From the NCBI RefSeq assembly GCF_009914755.1, contig NC_060936.1: a DNA stretch of 64,000 nt; one strand, written 5' to 3'. The stretch comes from the human T2T-CHM13v2.0 reference genome, Homo sapiens. Under the pieces are notes generated by a model that did not search any database, was not told the DNA's origin, and saw only the letters and a list, made by a program, of their open reading frames with translations. Both the position numbers and the translations under genes were made by a program. This document shows, in pieces, positions 1-13,200 of the stretch; the stretch's first letter is position 1; the number at the start of each line of letters is the position of its first letter.

Positions 1-485
1 TAGCAGCAATTTGCCAAAAGCCAACTTCATTCATGATAAAATTCTCAGCTCGTTAGGAATATAGGGAAATTACTTCAATTTGAAAAAGAGAATCACAAAA
101 AAATCTACAATTTTCATACTTAAAGGATGAATGACAATGTTTTCCCCAAAGATAAGGAAAAAGGCAAGGATGCCTACTCTCACTGCTCTTATTCAACATA
201 GTATTGAAAGTTTTAATGATAACAAGAAAAAAGTCATACCGATTTATATATGATTAAAAATATGATCTTTATTTATAGATAAATGATTATCTATATTAAA
301 AATCTTAAAGAGTCTACAAAAAACAGCTATCACTGATAAATGAATATAATAAGGCTGCAGGATGCAAAATTAGCAAATAAATGTCAATTGCATTTTAATA
401 CACCAGCAACGAGCATGTGGAAAGAGAAATTAAAAATGCAATACTATTCACAATCACTACAAATAAAAAATAAATACTTGGGTAT
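1..485 (+). mobile_element. Old LINE-1 (L1M, probably L1MC/MD) ORF2 reverse-transcriptase region, decayed; continues after the LTR insertion
   Basis: Positions 162-212 translate RQGCLLSLLLFNIVLKV, matching the L1 ORF2 RT motif RQGCPLSPLLFNIVLEV. A-rich sense strand. Confidence 0.88.
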
Positions 486-1405
486 TGTTAACTTAAAAAA
501 AACACAATTTACAAATTTAGAAAAGGAGAGGAGACTTTATTTCTGATAAAGCATTATAGCCTGCAAGGTGGCCCTCCTACAGGCTAGGAATGGTGCCTTC
601 AGCCAAGACAAGACAGGTACATCAAAGGAGGAGGTGATGGATCGGGAGCTTTATGCTGAATGGGTTGGCTAAACATACATATTCAACAGGTTACAGAAGG
701 AACTATGAATATTCACGAAGGTGGACCTGACACATGTGTGTTGAACAAACATGCATGTGACACACTATTTATGTTCACTTTGGGGTGGAAACTTAACATT
801 CAAATGTATTGCAATTAGGTTCTATTGGTCAAAATGTCTTTTCAGGACACAAAGGCAGGCAAGTATGCAATATCTATAAACCCACCAGCACCAGAACCAG
901 TCCAGACAGTGGTTTTCTTATGATGAGAGAGTTACTGAAATCAGTTTCTTTTCTAATCAAACCTATAGTTATGACTGGTAGAACAGGGCATCAGTTAGTC
1001 AGTGTCTGTGAGCTGGATGAGTTGTAATTGTTTGAATATTGCTTATCTTTAGGACAGTGTTTGTTTAGCTGCTAGAGTAAAGAAAACCTTGCGCCAATTG
1101 GAACATAGTTCCTTCTTTAAGTGTAGGGATGCGTGACTTAACCCTTGCCCAACACGGCCTTACGTTTTATTTATAGTTTGGTATAGTATTGCCACAAAGA
1201 GTCTGTTCTGTTAGTCTTAGAATCTCCATTTAGCTTTTTAACATTAAGTTGTATCTAAACCACAAAACAGAGATTTAGACAAGGCGTGTCTGACCTCCTA
1301 TCCTGTCATGGTGAGGAACTCAGTTTTAAAGTTATTATGGGGTCCCCTTCACCACAAGGGGGTCCATTCAGTCAGTGGGGAGCTTAGGATTTTATTTCAA
1401 GTTAA
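486..1405 (-). mobile_element. ERV1 LTR, MER4 group (MER4D/E-like), inserted into the L1
   Basis: Reverse complement of about 1280-1400 reads AAATAAAATCCTAAGC..GACTGAATGGACCCC..AAAACTGAGTTCC..CCATGACAGGATAGGAGGTCAGACACGCCT, typical of MER4-group 5' ends. L1 is colinear on both sides. Confidence 0.75.
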
Positions 1406-3144
1406 TGAGAATTGTAGATATTTTTGCAGATTCTCCTTTTGAAATCGAAGTAATTTAACATATACAAAATATAAATGTGTACAAATATGTACAAAAATTA
1501 CAAAATTCTGACAAAAGATATCAAAGGAGACCCAAATGAATGGAGAAATAAATTATGTTCATGAATTTTCATTTAAGATATCAATTCTCCCCTAAATGGC
1601 TTATAGGTTTAATACAATTCCTATCAAAATCTCAGTAAGGTTTTCGGTAGACATAGGCTATTCTAAAATTTATATGAAGAGGCACAGATCCCAGAATAAA
1701 CAACCTTGTGATGAAGAATAAAGTGAGAGGAAGGAATTATTTTCCATAATATTAAAGCTTTCTATATATGTATATACAAATGTATGTATGCATATATAAT
1801 AATTAAGACAGTGTATTATTGATGAAAGGATAGTCACATAGATCAATTGAGCAGACTAGAGATCCAAAAATAGACCTATGTAGTATAACCAATTGATTTT
1901 TGACAATAAAAATCAATTTGATTGAGGATAGCTAGCCTTTTCACAAAACATTCCTGTAACAGTAGGCAAATGAATAAACTTCAAATTAAACTTCACATTT
2001 TATACAAAAATTAACTCTAAATGGAACACAGATTCAATTGTAAAACGTAAAACTCTAGATCTTTTTTAAAATAATAGGAAACCTTTGGGATGTGGGGCTA
2101 GGCAAAGAGTTCTTAGATTTTAAAATAAAAACATAATCTGTTAAAAGGAAAACGATTAAAAAAATGGGACTCATGAAATTTAAAAGATTATTTGATCTGT
2201 GAATCCCCATGTGAAGAGAATAAACAGAAAATCTACAGAGTAGGAAAATGTAGTTATAACCCAAATATATGACACAGGACCAGTATCTAGAATACAAAAA
2301 AAAAACTCAAAATTCAACATTAGAAGAAATTCAATATAAAAATGGACAAAAGACATGAACGGAGCTATCACCGGACAGGATGTACAGATGTTAAGTTGCA
2401 TGTGAAAAGATGTTTAGCAGCGTTAATTCATTACAGAAATGCAAAAAAAAAAAAAACACAGTGAGACTTTATACACCTATCAGAATGGCTAAAATAAAAA
2501 ATGATGACACCACCAAATGCCGAGAAGGATGAAGAAACATTGGATTGCTCATACATTGCTGATAGGAATTTAAAATGATACAGTCACTCTTGAAAACAGT
2601 TTGGTAGAATATGAAGTAAACTAAACATACAGCTACCATATGACCCAGCACTTGCGTCCCTGGGCATTTATCCCAAAGAAATAAGAAGCTATGTTCACAC
2701 ACACAAAAATCTGTATGTAAGTATTATAAGTAGCTTTATTTGTAATATTAAACAACTAGTATCAGCTCAGATATTCTTCAACAGGTGAATGGTTAGACAA
2801 ACTGTACTACATACACACTCTGGTTTACTAACCAGCAATATAAAGGAACAACCTATTGATACACAAGCAACTTGGATGAATCTTCAGGAAATTATGCTGA
2901 ATCAAAAGAAATCCACTTCTAAACGCTTACATGATATATGTTTCTGCTTATATAATAAAATGTTTGAAATAATAACATTTTAGAAATGGAGGCACATTTC
3001 TAGTGGCGAGGAGTTGAGGGAGAGGCGATTAAATGGCAATAGGAGGAATATTTGTGGTGATGGGAGTACTCAATATCTTGACTGTGGTGGTGGAGACAAG
3101 AGCTTACATAGGTGATACGATGGCATAGAATGTAATACACATCC

Positions 3145-3147
3145 ACA

Positions 3148-3179
<32 letters not shown>
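3145..3179. repeat. (CA)n microsatellite in the L1 3'UTR
   Basis: cacacacacatacacacacacacac... read directly. Confidence 0.9.
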
Positions 3180-3180
<1 letters not shown>

Positions 3181-3200
3181 TCAAAACTGGAAAAATTTGA

Positions 3201-3590
<390 letters not shown>

Positions 3591-6179
3591 TTACCATCTG
3601 GTCAAGTTGATAAACTGTACAAGGTGTTACTCTGCTTTATTTCTTACAACTTCATGTGAATCTACAATTATCTCAATTTAAAAAACAATATCTAGAACAC
3701 CTAAAAAAATGGAACAGAAGAGATAACACTCAAATCTCCTCAATGTAATTATTTTTGACAATTTTATTTTATCCCCATGCAATAAATATGAAGTCAAAAT
3801 AAACATATTTTTACCCATTCTAGAACACACACTTTTTTTCCTTGAATACCCTTCAGAGGAAGATATTTCATAAACCACAACAAAATAATGCCAATAAAAG
3901 AAGAAGTCTGAGATTTCAGTAAAGAGAAAAGTTTTGGAACATGTCAAGAAAGCAATTAGTCTAGATTGAAACTTTAGGGCTCCCGAAGAGGTGTTTCAGA
4001 GAAAATAAATTGACTTCACATAAAAGGAAATATTCTTTTAAGGCTGGATATACATGAGGTGAATAAGAAGCCACATTATTATTTTTTGACAGCATTAAGA
4101 AATGACTGTTATTCAGCAATTTTAGGAAAACAAAAAGCTGTTCATCAAAGCGGTGATTAGTTGGTACAAAGTAACTTGTGATATTGTTTCAAAAAACTGA
4201 AGAAGTGTTGGGTAAGCATATGCATTTGACCTTGAATATAGGGACATCCTCCATTTATTACACATATAGATTTTTCATTCATTATTATTTGGCTACTGGA
4301 CCTTTTTAAGTTAATTATTCTTTGGCACTATTAAAGACATCTTTAAGTTGGATTTTTAATCATGTTCTCTGTAAGCTGTATAATTTTAGCAAATGTGCAA
4401 ACTGCCAAAGATTACAAAAAAGTGTTGATTTCTTCCAAAGTGCTAAAATAACTTTTGATTACAACTGGATTGGATTCCTGTCTGTTTTACTAAATGCATT
4501 TTTATTCTTTCTATCATTAATATTTCTTTATATAAAATGTAATGTTTTCAAACCCATAATAATCAATGAGTCTAAATTGTTATCTGTTATTTCTACAATA
4601 TGTGTTTCCTTCTCAGAAATTAATGGAAGTTTGCAAGTCATAATAATTAGGTGTGACTGTTTATCTGAATGACATATGTTGGACATTTTAATAGTTTCAG
4701 AGAAATCTGTAAGCATCGTGTAAGAGTCATATAATGAAAAAGCCACCTGATATGAAAGAGAGAATTGTGGATGGTGGAAAATTAGCTATTAAAATAGAAA
4801 AATGCAGTTGGCAAAGGAGCAAATAGAAAACAGTAAACTGATGAGCAATTTCTCAACCAGGGAATAGGGTCAGGATGAAAAATGTTACTACAGTGGAATC
4901 ATTCCTTAACTATTACATTTGCAGTTTTCCTATAATGAGTCAGAAATCCTTATCAAGAAAAAACAATTACTAAAGAATGTACCTTCTGGGAAGTAAATTT
5001 ATAAGGTGAACATACTTAACTTAGAGACTAAATTAAAAAAAAAAGAAAAGATCACTAATATTCTCACAAAACATTAGCATTTTATTGGTTGCTAGAAGTT
5101 GCTGACAGGTTGTTAATAACAATAGCAAGCATAGAAAAGTGTGTCAAGCTTCCTGTTAACCAGTCTGTGTGGCTGTCACTTTTAGAGATTCATTTTATTG
5201 TGTGGACACATTACCAGATGAAATCAGTAGGTGGGTTGGTTTTGCCGCATCCCCCCCACCCTACTTTGACTTGAGAAAGTGCACTGGTATTTCTATTCAG
5301 CTCTACACTAATGCACCTGACTACTTCCTGAAACATTAATCAACCACAGCCAGAATGAAAATCAATATAACCCTGAAACATAGCTCCGGATACCAAAAAT
5401 AAGTGTGAAAAAAAGACAGAACATGCGGCATTTTTCTCAATGTTTTGGAGAATTGTGCTAGCATTGCAAAGTACAAATGTTCTTTCTTCCCTCTGTAAAC
5501 AGCTATGGATATGAATTTTATATGACATTTTCAATGCTACGTGATGTATTCCCAAAACAATATTATTGAAGGCTGAGTCTCTGTCCTCTACCAGCTGTTA
5601 TTTATGATTGCTGCTTTGCGGCAAACAAAACACCAAACACAAATAATGGTGTGCTGTGTATAAAGTTTTTCCCCCCAGTGTAAAAAGCAAATGTATACAT
5701 TTTGGTATTTGCTCATGAAAGAGGTTTGTCTATGTAAAACAGTATTCCTTTCAAGAGATCATGTAAGAAAATAAAACTGAGGTTGGCAACAAATTCTGTT
5801 GTATGAACTAATTGATTCAGCTGATAAACTGTAATCTGGGGCATGACAGATGGCAAGCAGGCCACTGCACCTCAATAAAGGGGAGGTCAAGCCTAATTGC
5901 TCTCTCTCTCTCTCTTACACACACACATTAGACTTAAATAGACAAGAGGAGTGAAATCTCTATTTCGTCATAATTTTAGATGTTTAATTGGCAGTTAATT
6001 TCAGAGCTGTTTGTTCACCCATATTTAGTTTTATTTTTTAAATAAACAGTATCTTTCAATAATTGTAGATCCTTTACTTGTTAATTTAATTGCCACATTA
6101 ATTTCTTTGTTAATTTAATTTAATAATTGTTGATGCTTTGTAAATTTAATCAACAATTTTTGATATTTTACCGTTAGTA

Positions 6180-6431
6180 TTTTTTTCTTTTTTTTTCCTT
6201 CCTTTTTCGAGACAGTTGCGCAATCACGGCTCACCGCAACCTCTGCCTCCCAGCTCAAGCAGTTCTCCAACCTCAGCCTCCTAAGTAGCAGGGACTACAG
6301 GGCGCACACCCAACTTTTTTTTTTTTTTTTAATTTTTCGTAGAGAAAGGCTGGTCTCCTGAGCTAAAGGATCTGCCTGCCTCTGCCTCCCAAAGTGCTGG
6401 AGCTATAGTCATGAGCCACTGTACCCGGGCC
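6180..6431 (-). mobile_element. Old Alu (AluJ-like) with several internal deletions
   Basis: T-rich tail, cctcagcctcctaagtagc, ctcccaaagtgctgg..tgagccactgtacccggg. Degenerate TSD cgttagtat/cattagcac. Confidence 0.9.
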
Positions 6432-9400
6432 ATTAGCACCTTTTTAAAAAGTGTCAGAAAATAATATAAAAATGGTGATGATCTTCCACATTTAAAATGA
6501 ATTGAGATAAATATAAAATTTGTTTGCAGACCAGTAAAATACTGGAAATTCGATCATTATATTTTGTTCACAATCTTGATGCATTAGAAACAGAAAACTT
6601 AGGTAAACTGTATTTCATTTTATTACAGAGTTCGTTGTACTGGCACTTTACTGTGCTCTCCAACATTACATAATTCTCACTACAACACTGACATTATACT
6701 TCTCTCCCCCAGTTCTGTAACTAGTGTTTTCTCTAATTTTCATATTATTTCTCATGCACTATCTCAGTTGCCTATCACACAGAAACATTAGAGAGCATGT
6801 GTATTTTACAGAAATATTTTACAGAATTTTACAGAAAAAGAAACTGAAGTTCAAAAACTTAGAATGTATATACCAGATAGACAACTTCTGTCCAAATTAG
6901 GCAAGTTTTATTCAGGTGTGGCTCTCTCTCTAACCCCTAAACAGTCACCTACCTCACAATTTTAAAGAGGTCATGCTTCTTCAGAACTGTTTTCCTTTTG
7001 CTTTCTCTCATCTGGACCTTATGCTTCATTCTTCTTAAGTGAGACTTGGTCAAGGTGTTGACATGTACCCACCAAAAGGCTGAACCTTATTCTATCAGTT
7101 AACCACCAAGTCATAGCATTTGTGTTTGTTTTTCCTCATGTTACACTCCTCTAGTTAAAATTCTTGCCAAAAATCTAATTCTGACTCAACCTAGCACAAA
7201 TTTAGTTTTTTTCTCATTATTTTTGGAGATTATTGTTTTTATGTTGATTCATGGTTTCTAATGTGTTGGACATAATAAGACATTTTGCAAAGAGGTTGGT
7301 GTGCACATAAAATTTACTTAATCACCAATTACCTCCAGTGCAATCAATGGATCATGCATCCTTTTCATGGCAGTATCTTTCCTTTAGGTTATACAACTCT
7401 GGCACATCAAGTTGGCCTATAATCTTGAGCCTTCAGTCCTAAGATTTAGTGCTTCTGATTCTTTTTGGAAATAGACTAAGAAAATTGCCCCTTAGTGTAT
7501 GTTTTTATAAAGCTATTTAGCAATGAGATTCTGGGCACATGGGAACTTCTGGGAACACTGTATTTCCATCAGTCTAAGGAAGTCTCTGTTAACATCTGCT
7601 AGACAGCACTGATTCACAGCATTAAGTGGAAGCTCAGGACATTTAGCAGTAGGAATTGTTAAAAGTGCTTAAAAATGGTTAAAAATATAGTTAATTTGAG
7701 TTATACTTCTCATTCCTGTCATTTGTTTCCCACTGCTAGAGAAGATAATTTCTCAGCAAGTGTTCAAAGAAATTCTCAGAAAGAAGCCAAGGGCAGATAT
7801 AAATCCCTAATAATAAATAATAAGGTACAGGCTGTACAAAAATGATATTAGAACAGTTTTATTGCTTTAGATGGATCTTAAAATTCCTCAGGAATAGAAG
7901 AATAAAAGATGATTTATAATCCTTACAATTATGGCATTTGAATAACTGAATCCTGTTTTTAAATCATTGGGTGTGATAGTTCCCAAGTTTCACATGTGTT
8001 CTTTGAATTCATTTTTCAAAAAAGAATTATAATCTTCTGAACTTATTATAGTTGTGCTAATATCTTCACTGGTCTCATCCTGGAATCCTGAAAGAAGCTT
8101 TTCTTTTTCCAGACATTATTCACAAACCTGTTAATTGCGCACCAGGATTTTTGTTTATTTTGGATGCTGCAGCTACACTCTGGCTACTTAAGACTACGCA
8201 CAGGGTGAGTTTTAGAGGTCTTTAAGATATTTGCCTGAAAATTTCTTGAGACTTCTTTCTGTATTAGTCTTTTTTATGCAATACTGGGAATTCTGAATCA
8301 GTCTGGAGCTATTAGGTTCTCTATGTGAGCTTTATATTAAGAAATCAAAAATGACAAGTTTTCATGTTACCTAAGGATTATGAATAACAAGAAGTACATG
8401 TTATGCACCTTCCTTGTATTAAAAAAAATAGAACTATTACCTTTGGTATTTCAAACAGCGTTGATTTTTTTTTCCTCTCATGGTATTTGCATGCTCAAAA
8501 TGTCATAAACTTTCATTATTAGACTAATAGGATTTACCCTGATTGAGTCTATGTACTGAACTCTATCCTAGAAATCATATATATGTATACTATAGACATA
8601 AGTTAATATATGTAAAGAACTTAGAACCTACTTTGACACATAAGCACTATGGTAGAGTTTTCTATTATGATGTTTTTTACTCTTACAATGTGACATAAGA
8701 GATTGTGCCCTCATTTTATAGGTAAGTGATCGAGGTTCACAAGCTAACTTTCATAAGTTAATATAGTTAATAAATATTTGTTCAGTAGTTTAAATGTACA
8801 TTTCTGATTCCAAAGAAGGTGGTGGTTTCACTAGATTATTTTACCTCTCATTTAGGGGGTAGAATAAAACTCTCATAATTTTAGTCTCATAACACTTTGA
8901 AAATAGTTATTCCCATGTAAGTATTTTGATTTCGGTAGAGAAACACCACATTTTAAGAGAATTATGAATTCCACAAATATCAGAACAAATTACATGATTC
9001 AAATACACACAAAGAGAAAACAGTATTTAGCAATGAAATGTTGTATTGCAAGACTTCAACTACAGCCTGGAATTCTGCTCATATGGCTTCATTTTGAGCT
9101 ATATTGATTCTTATATAAAATATAACCCATAAAAGCTTTGATATATATTTTACTAGCCACAAACAGATTAAAGGCAGTAGAAAAACTATGCAGGTTATTT
9201 GAGAAAAATATCATTACTGCTGAGTTTTCAATGATTGACAGAAAGTATATGAGAATAACTTTAAAAGTAAAATTTTATCAAGAACTTGTGGTATAAAATA
9301 TGATACTCAAAATTAGAAATCAAGGCATAGAAACAATAAGTGTAGAAACAGTATCCTCTACTTTTAAAGATCATCACGTAATTACTCACAGAACTAAGCT

Positions 9401-9925
9401 TCATTTTACTTGGAAAGTTATTTATGTTCAGTATATTTTCCCTCAGCAATTCTATACCCACAACAGACGCATAGACTCTCACAATTCAATATGTAAACAG
9501 TCTTTAACCGCAACAACGTTGGAAGATAAAATCAGGATTGTGCATGTAAATGTAGCAAGGTTAAATCGGCCTCCCATATCGAGGCTATACAAAACCTGCT
9601 GTACATTTCTACTTATGGTGCATTATCCAGACAATGAGTGTTTAAAAATCCTCTTCCACAGTGAATTGGAACTTGTCAACAAGTTTTCCACTTGTCATTA
9701 TTTCCCAATATTATTGATAGCTAAAATGTTAAATAATGAAGAAAAGAATTAAGTATCTATTACAATGTTTCAATGGAGTACAAAAGAATGTTGTAGAATT
9801 CTAGTGCCTTGAGTAATGAAAAAGTTACACAGAAGGGCAAGGAGTATGTAACACACACTCCTGATATGATGCATATTATTTAAATATGATACAAAATCTG
9901 TTATGTATTCTTTCAGCTAAAATAA

Positions 9926-9947
9926 ATATATATATATATATATATAG
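9926..9947. repeat. (TA)n microsatellite
   Basis: atatatatatatatatatata read directly. Confidence 0.85.
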
Positions 9948-10159
9948 TGTTTCTAGCAAAAAAAGAGATAATGTTAGAAATGATAATACAAGAAAATGTA
10001 TATAGGTCACATACATTTATGAATTTATTGTAGAGTGTAAAATATTTTTATTTTGATAAACTTTCATGAATTAAAATATTTATTGCATATTAGTATTTGT
10101 CAGGTGCTGGGAGAGAAATCAGGGATAATGGGGCTTCTATAGGGTCTTTTTGTTCAAAG

Positions 10160-10900
10160 ATTCATTCATTCAATGTTTCTTTATTTGGTTTGCCAAATAT
10201 TTACCATCTACTGAACACCTACCAAGAAGAGTGGTATGCCTTAAAGATACTGGTCTATATATCTAGATGCCTACCAAGCAGGACCTTTAGCAGGCAACTC
10301 AGAGTGAAACTAGATCAAATTAAGTCATTATCTTTGCCTTTTCCCATCCACCAATCCTTTTATGTCCTTTCTATTGATAACTATCCTCACCCTCAACCCT
10401 GTCACTAACCTTGACACTTCATTCTTTCTGACATCATTTCAGTGTACTCAGCCAGCTACTAAGCCTTATGGATGGTACCTTATAAATTGCAACTGAATGT
10501 GTTTCTTTCTCTTTATTCCATTTGCAGTTATTTCATCCCCTTTATTTCTCATTTGAATTATTACAATTAACTCTGTTCTCAAGGGTCACTCTCCTCATGT
10601 CCATTCTCATCGTAGATATCAGTTTGCCCTTAACTAAAGTACACATTAGCTCATGTGGCAAACCACTGAAGAAGTTAGAGCAGAATAGACATCACCTACT
10701 GTGTGCTTTAGTTAAGAAAGAGCATATTACTTACATGGACTGACAAGTCATTCTAGAATAGTTCTTGTCTATATTTACTATTTTGTATCTAATAATTGTC
10801 TCACTCTCATCCTTCTTTCCAATCACAGTGAATCATTTATAATTCATAATATACAAAATTTAGTTTTAGGTATCTATGTCTTAGAACCTCTTGGTCCATT
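10160..10900. mobile_element. Highly decayed L2 fragments
   Basis: ttcattcattcaa..tactgaacacctac (antisense L2 3' end), followed by a pyrimidine-rich L2-like body. Confidence 0.45.
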
Positions 10901-11158
10901 GATTTGTTCAAATAAATACTTAAACATTGAAGTGATTATCTCTCAATTTTGCCTGATCTATGTTTAGTGCTACTTTTTGTATAGTAGGAGACAGAGTTAC
11001 TCTCTCGTCCTTGTTAGAGGAGTGTGGACATAAATAGAATTAGGCCAAAGAGATTTTCTCTTGGGATGTTTCTATCTTGACTGAAGACAAACAGAGGTGA
11101 AAGGCCATTAAAGAAGTACACATAAGATGTGGCCCAAAAGTTCTTATTAAGAAAATAA

Positions 11159-11474
11159 TGTTCTTGCGATAGTTTACTGAGCACAAAAAACCAAACACCG
11201 CATATTCTCACTCATAGGTGGGAATTGAACAATGAGATCACATGGACACAGGAAGGGGAATATCACACTCTGGGGACTGTGGTGGGGTCGGGGGAGGGGG
11301 GAGGGATAGCATTGGGAGATATACCTAATGCTAGATGACACGTTAGTGGGTGCAGCGCACCAGCATGGCACATGTATACATATGTAACTAACCTGCACAA
11401 TGTGCACATGTACCCTAAAACTTAAAGTATAATTAAAAAAAAACAAAAACAAAAACAAAAACAAAAAAAAAAAA
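11159..11474 (+). mobile_element. Young human-lineage L1 (L1HS-like, ACG/A type), 5'-truncated with a short 5' inversion
   Basis: Near-consensus L1HS 3'UTR (gagatcacatgg, G-rich tract, attgggagatatacctaatgctagatgac). Diagnostic ACG at 11340-11342 and A at 11425. Poly(A) tail. TSD aagaaaataatgtt at 11149-11162 and 11475-11488. Confidence 0.95.
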
Positions 11475-11805
11475 AAGAAAATAATGTTTGTCAAATTTTT
11501 TTTCAGTAATAGTTTTTATCAAAATGTTTTTTCTTTATTTAAATCATCATATGGGGGCTTCCTTCTTTATTCTGCTAGTTTGGTGAATGATATAAATTTA
11601 TTTTAAAATTTTAAAGCACCTTGAATTCTTGGAATAAACTCAACTTTGTCTCCATGAATAATCAAGTTTGCACAGCAGATTTTTAAAATTTGGAGATTCA
11701 TAATATATTTTAATAATTTTACACATGATAAATGTGTAAATCAATAAATATTCAAAAGTGAAACACATTCTTGGAAGCCAAAACCAGTTCAATATATAGG
11801 CCAGT

Positions 11806-12164
11806 TGCTACAGACTTAGTCTGTATATGCCCCGATCTGTAAATTGGTAGGAAGAAACCTAATCCTCAGTGTGATTCTGGAGACTCTGGGAGGTGATTAG
11901 GTCATGAGAGCAGAGTCATAATGAATGAGATTATTGCCCTTATAAAAGAGACACCAGAGAGCTTCCTTTCCCCTTGTGCTATGTGAAAACACAGAAAGAA
12001 AACTGCTTTCTATGAACAAGCAAAGAGGCTACCACCAGACATGGAATCTATCAGCCCTTGATCTTGTACTTCCCAGCCCTGAGAACTGTAAGAAATAAAT
12101 TTCTGTGGTTTTTAAGCCACCTCTTTATGGTAGTTAGTTACAGGAACTTGAACATACTAAGATG
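11806..12164 (+). mobile_element. MaLR LTR, MLT1A/MLT1A0-like, inside an old antisense L1 fragment
   Basis: gggaggtgattaggtcatgag, gcccttataaaagaga, ttgatcttgtacttcccagcc..agaactgtaagaaataaatttctg, ending ..actaagatg. Confidence 0.85.
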
Positions 12165-12439
12165 TTAGTATAAGTTCCCCCAGAAGCACACCTTGTTTCA
12201 CCTTTCAGCCAAAATGTCCACTAGTTGAAAACACTCTCCTGATTTCTGTCATCATGGAATAGTATATCTTGTTTCTGAAATTTATACAAATGAAAAGGAT
12301 TCTTTGAAGTAGCCTGCATCTAATAATTGTTTGGCATAGACAAAAGGCTGACCCCATGCTCCTTTTTCACACCTGGGGCAATTCTGAAGGGCTATTTCAA
12401 GCTTCAAAGCCCTCTGAGGCCTTGCTATGTCTGTGACAT

Positions 12440-12610
12440 GTAACAAGTTACTTTGCCTGTCTGAGCTTTTGCATTCATTTTTTTAAAAGGTTGAAATAAT
12501 TGTAGTACACAATACATAGAGTTATTATGATCATATGTGAGATTATGCATGTAAAGTCATTAGCATGAATCTGAGAATACAGTAAGGACTCATTATATAA
12601 TTCTTATTGT
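12440..12610 (+). mobile_element. MIR SINE
   Basis: caagttactt..ctgagc..gattatgcatgtaaag..ttagcatg..acagtaagg matches the MIR core and 3' end. Confidence 0.7.
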
Positions 12611-12734
12611 ACATATTAGACTCTGTATTCAGAGTCCATCACATTTGAATCCTAAATTCCTAAAGAATTAGTTCATTGTTCAAATTCTAAAATATTCGTG
12701 TGATATATCCATTATCCTCCTCATTCCAGGTACT

Positions 12735-13200
12735 ACGGTTGTGTAACAAATTATCATCAGATTTAGTGGCTTAAAACAACAACCATATTATGTTCACAAA
12801 TTCAGAGGATCAAAAATTGAGAAAGAATACAGTGGGGACAGCTTGATTTTGCTCCACAATATCTGGATCATCAGATGTCAAGACTCAAGGGCTGGTGATG
12901 ACTCAGATGGTTGTGGGCTAGAAGCATCTGAAGGCACATGCCCTCATATATTTTGTGCCCACTCATGGAGGACTCAAAATCGGGGCTGCTTAGTGGGCCA
13001 CCTACTTGCGGCATTTCTGTTAGGCCTGGCTTCTGCATAATATAGTGACCTCAGGGTAGTTGGAGCCCTAACTGTAAATGTTTGAATAAGTTAAGCTGGA
13101 AACTGCATCATCATCTCTTCTGATGAAGCCTCAGAAGTAATGCAGCAGAATATCTGCTGCTTCTATTGCTTACAAGAAAGTTACAAGACCACCAAAGCCT
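12735..13200 (-). mobile_element. Old MaLR LTR (MLT1 family)
   Basis: gtgtaacaaattatc..atttagtggcttaaaacaacaa, the antisense MLT1 3' end. Confidence 0.7.

Noticed and set aside
9300-9752. Longest ORF in the track (150 aa)
   Set aside because: No recognisable domain, composition typical of AT-rich non-coding DNA, and no supporting gene structure. An ORF of this length can occur by chance in 64 kb.
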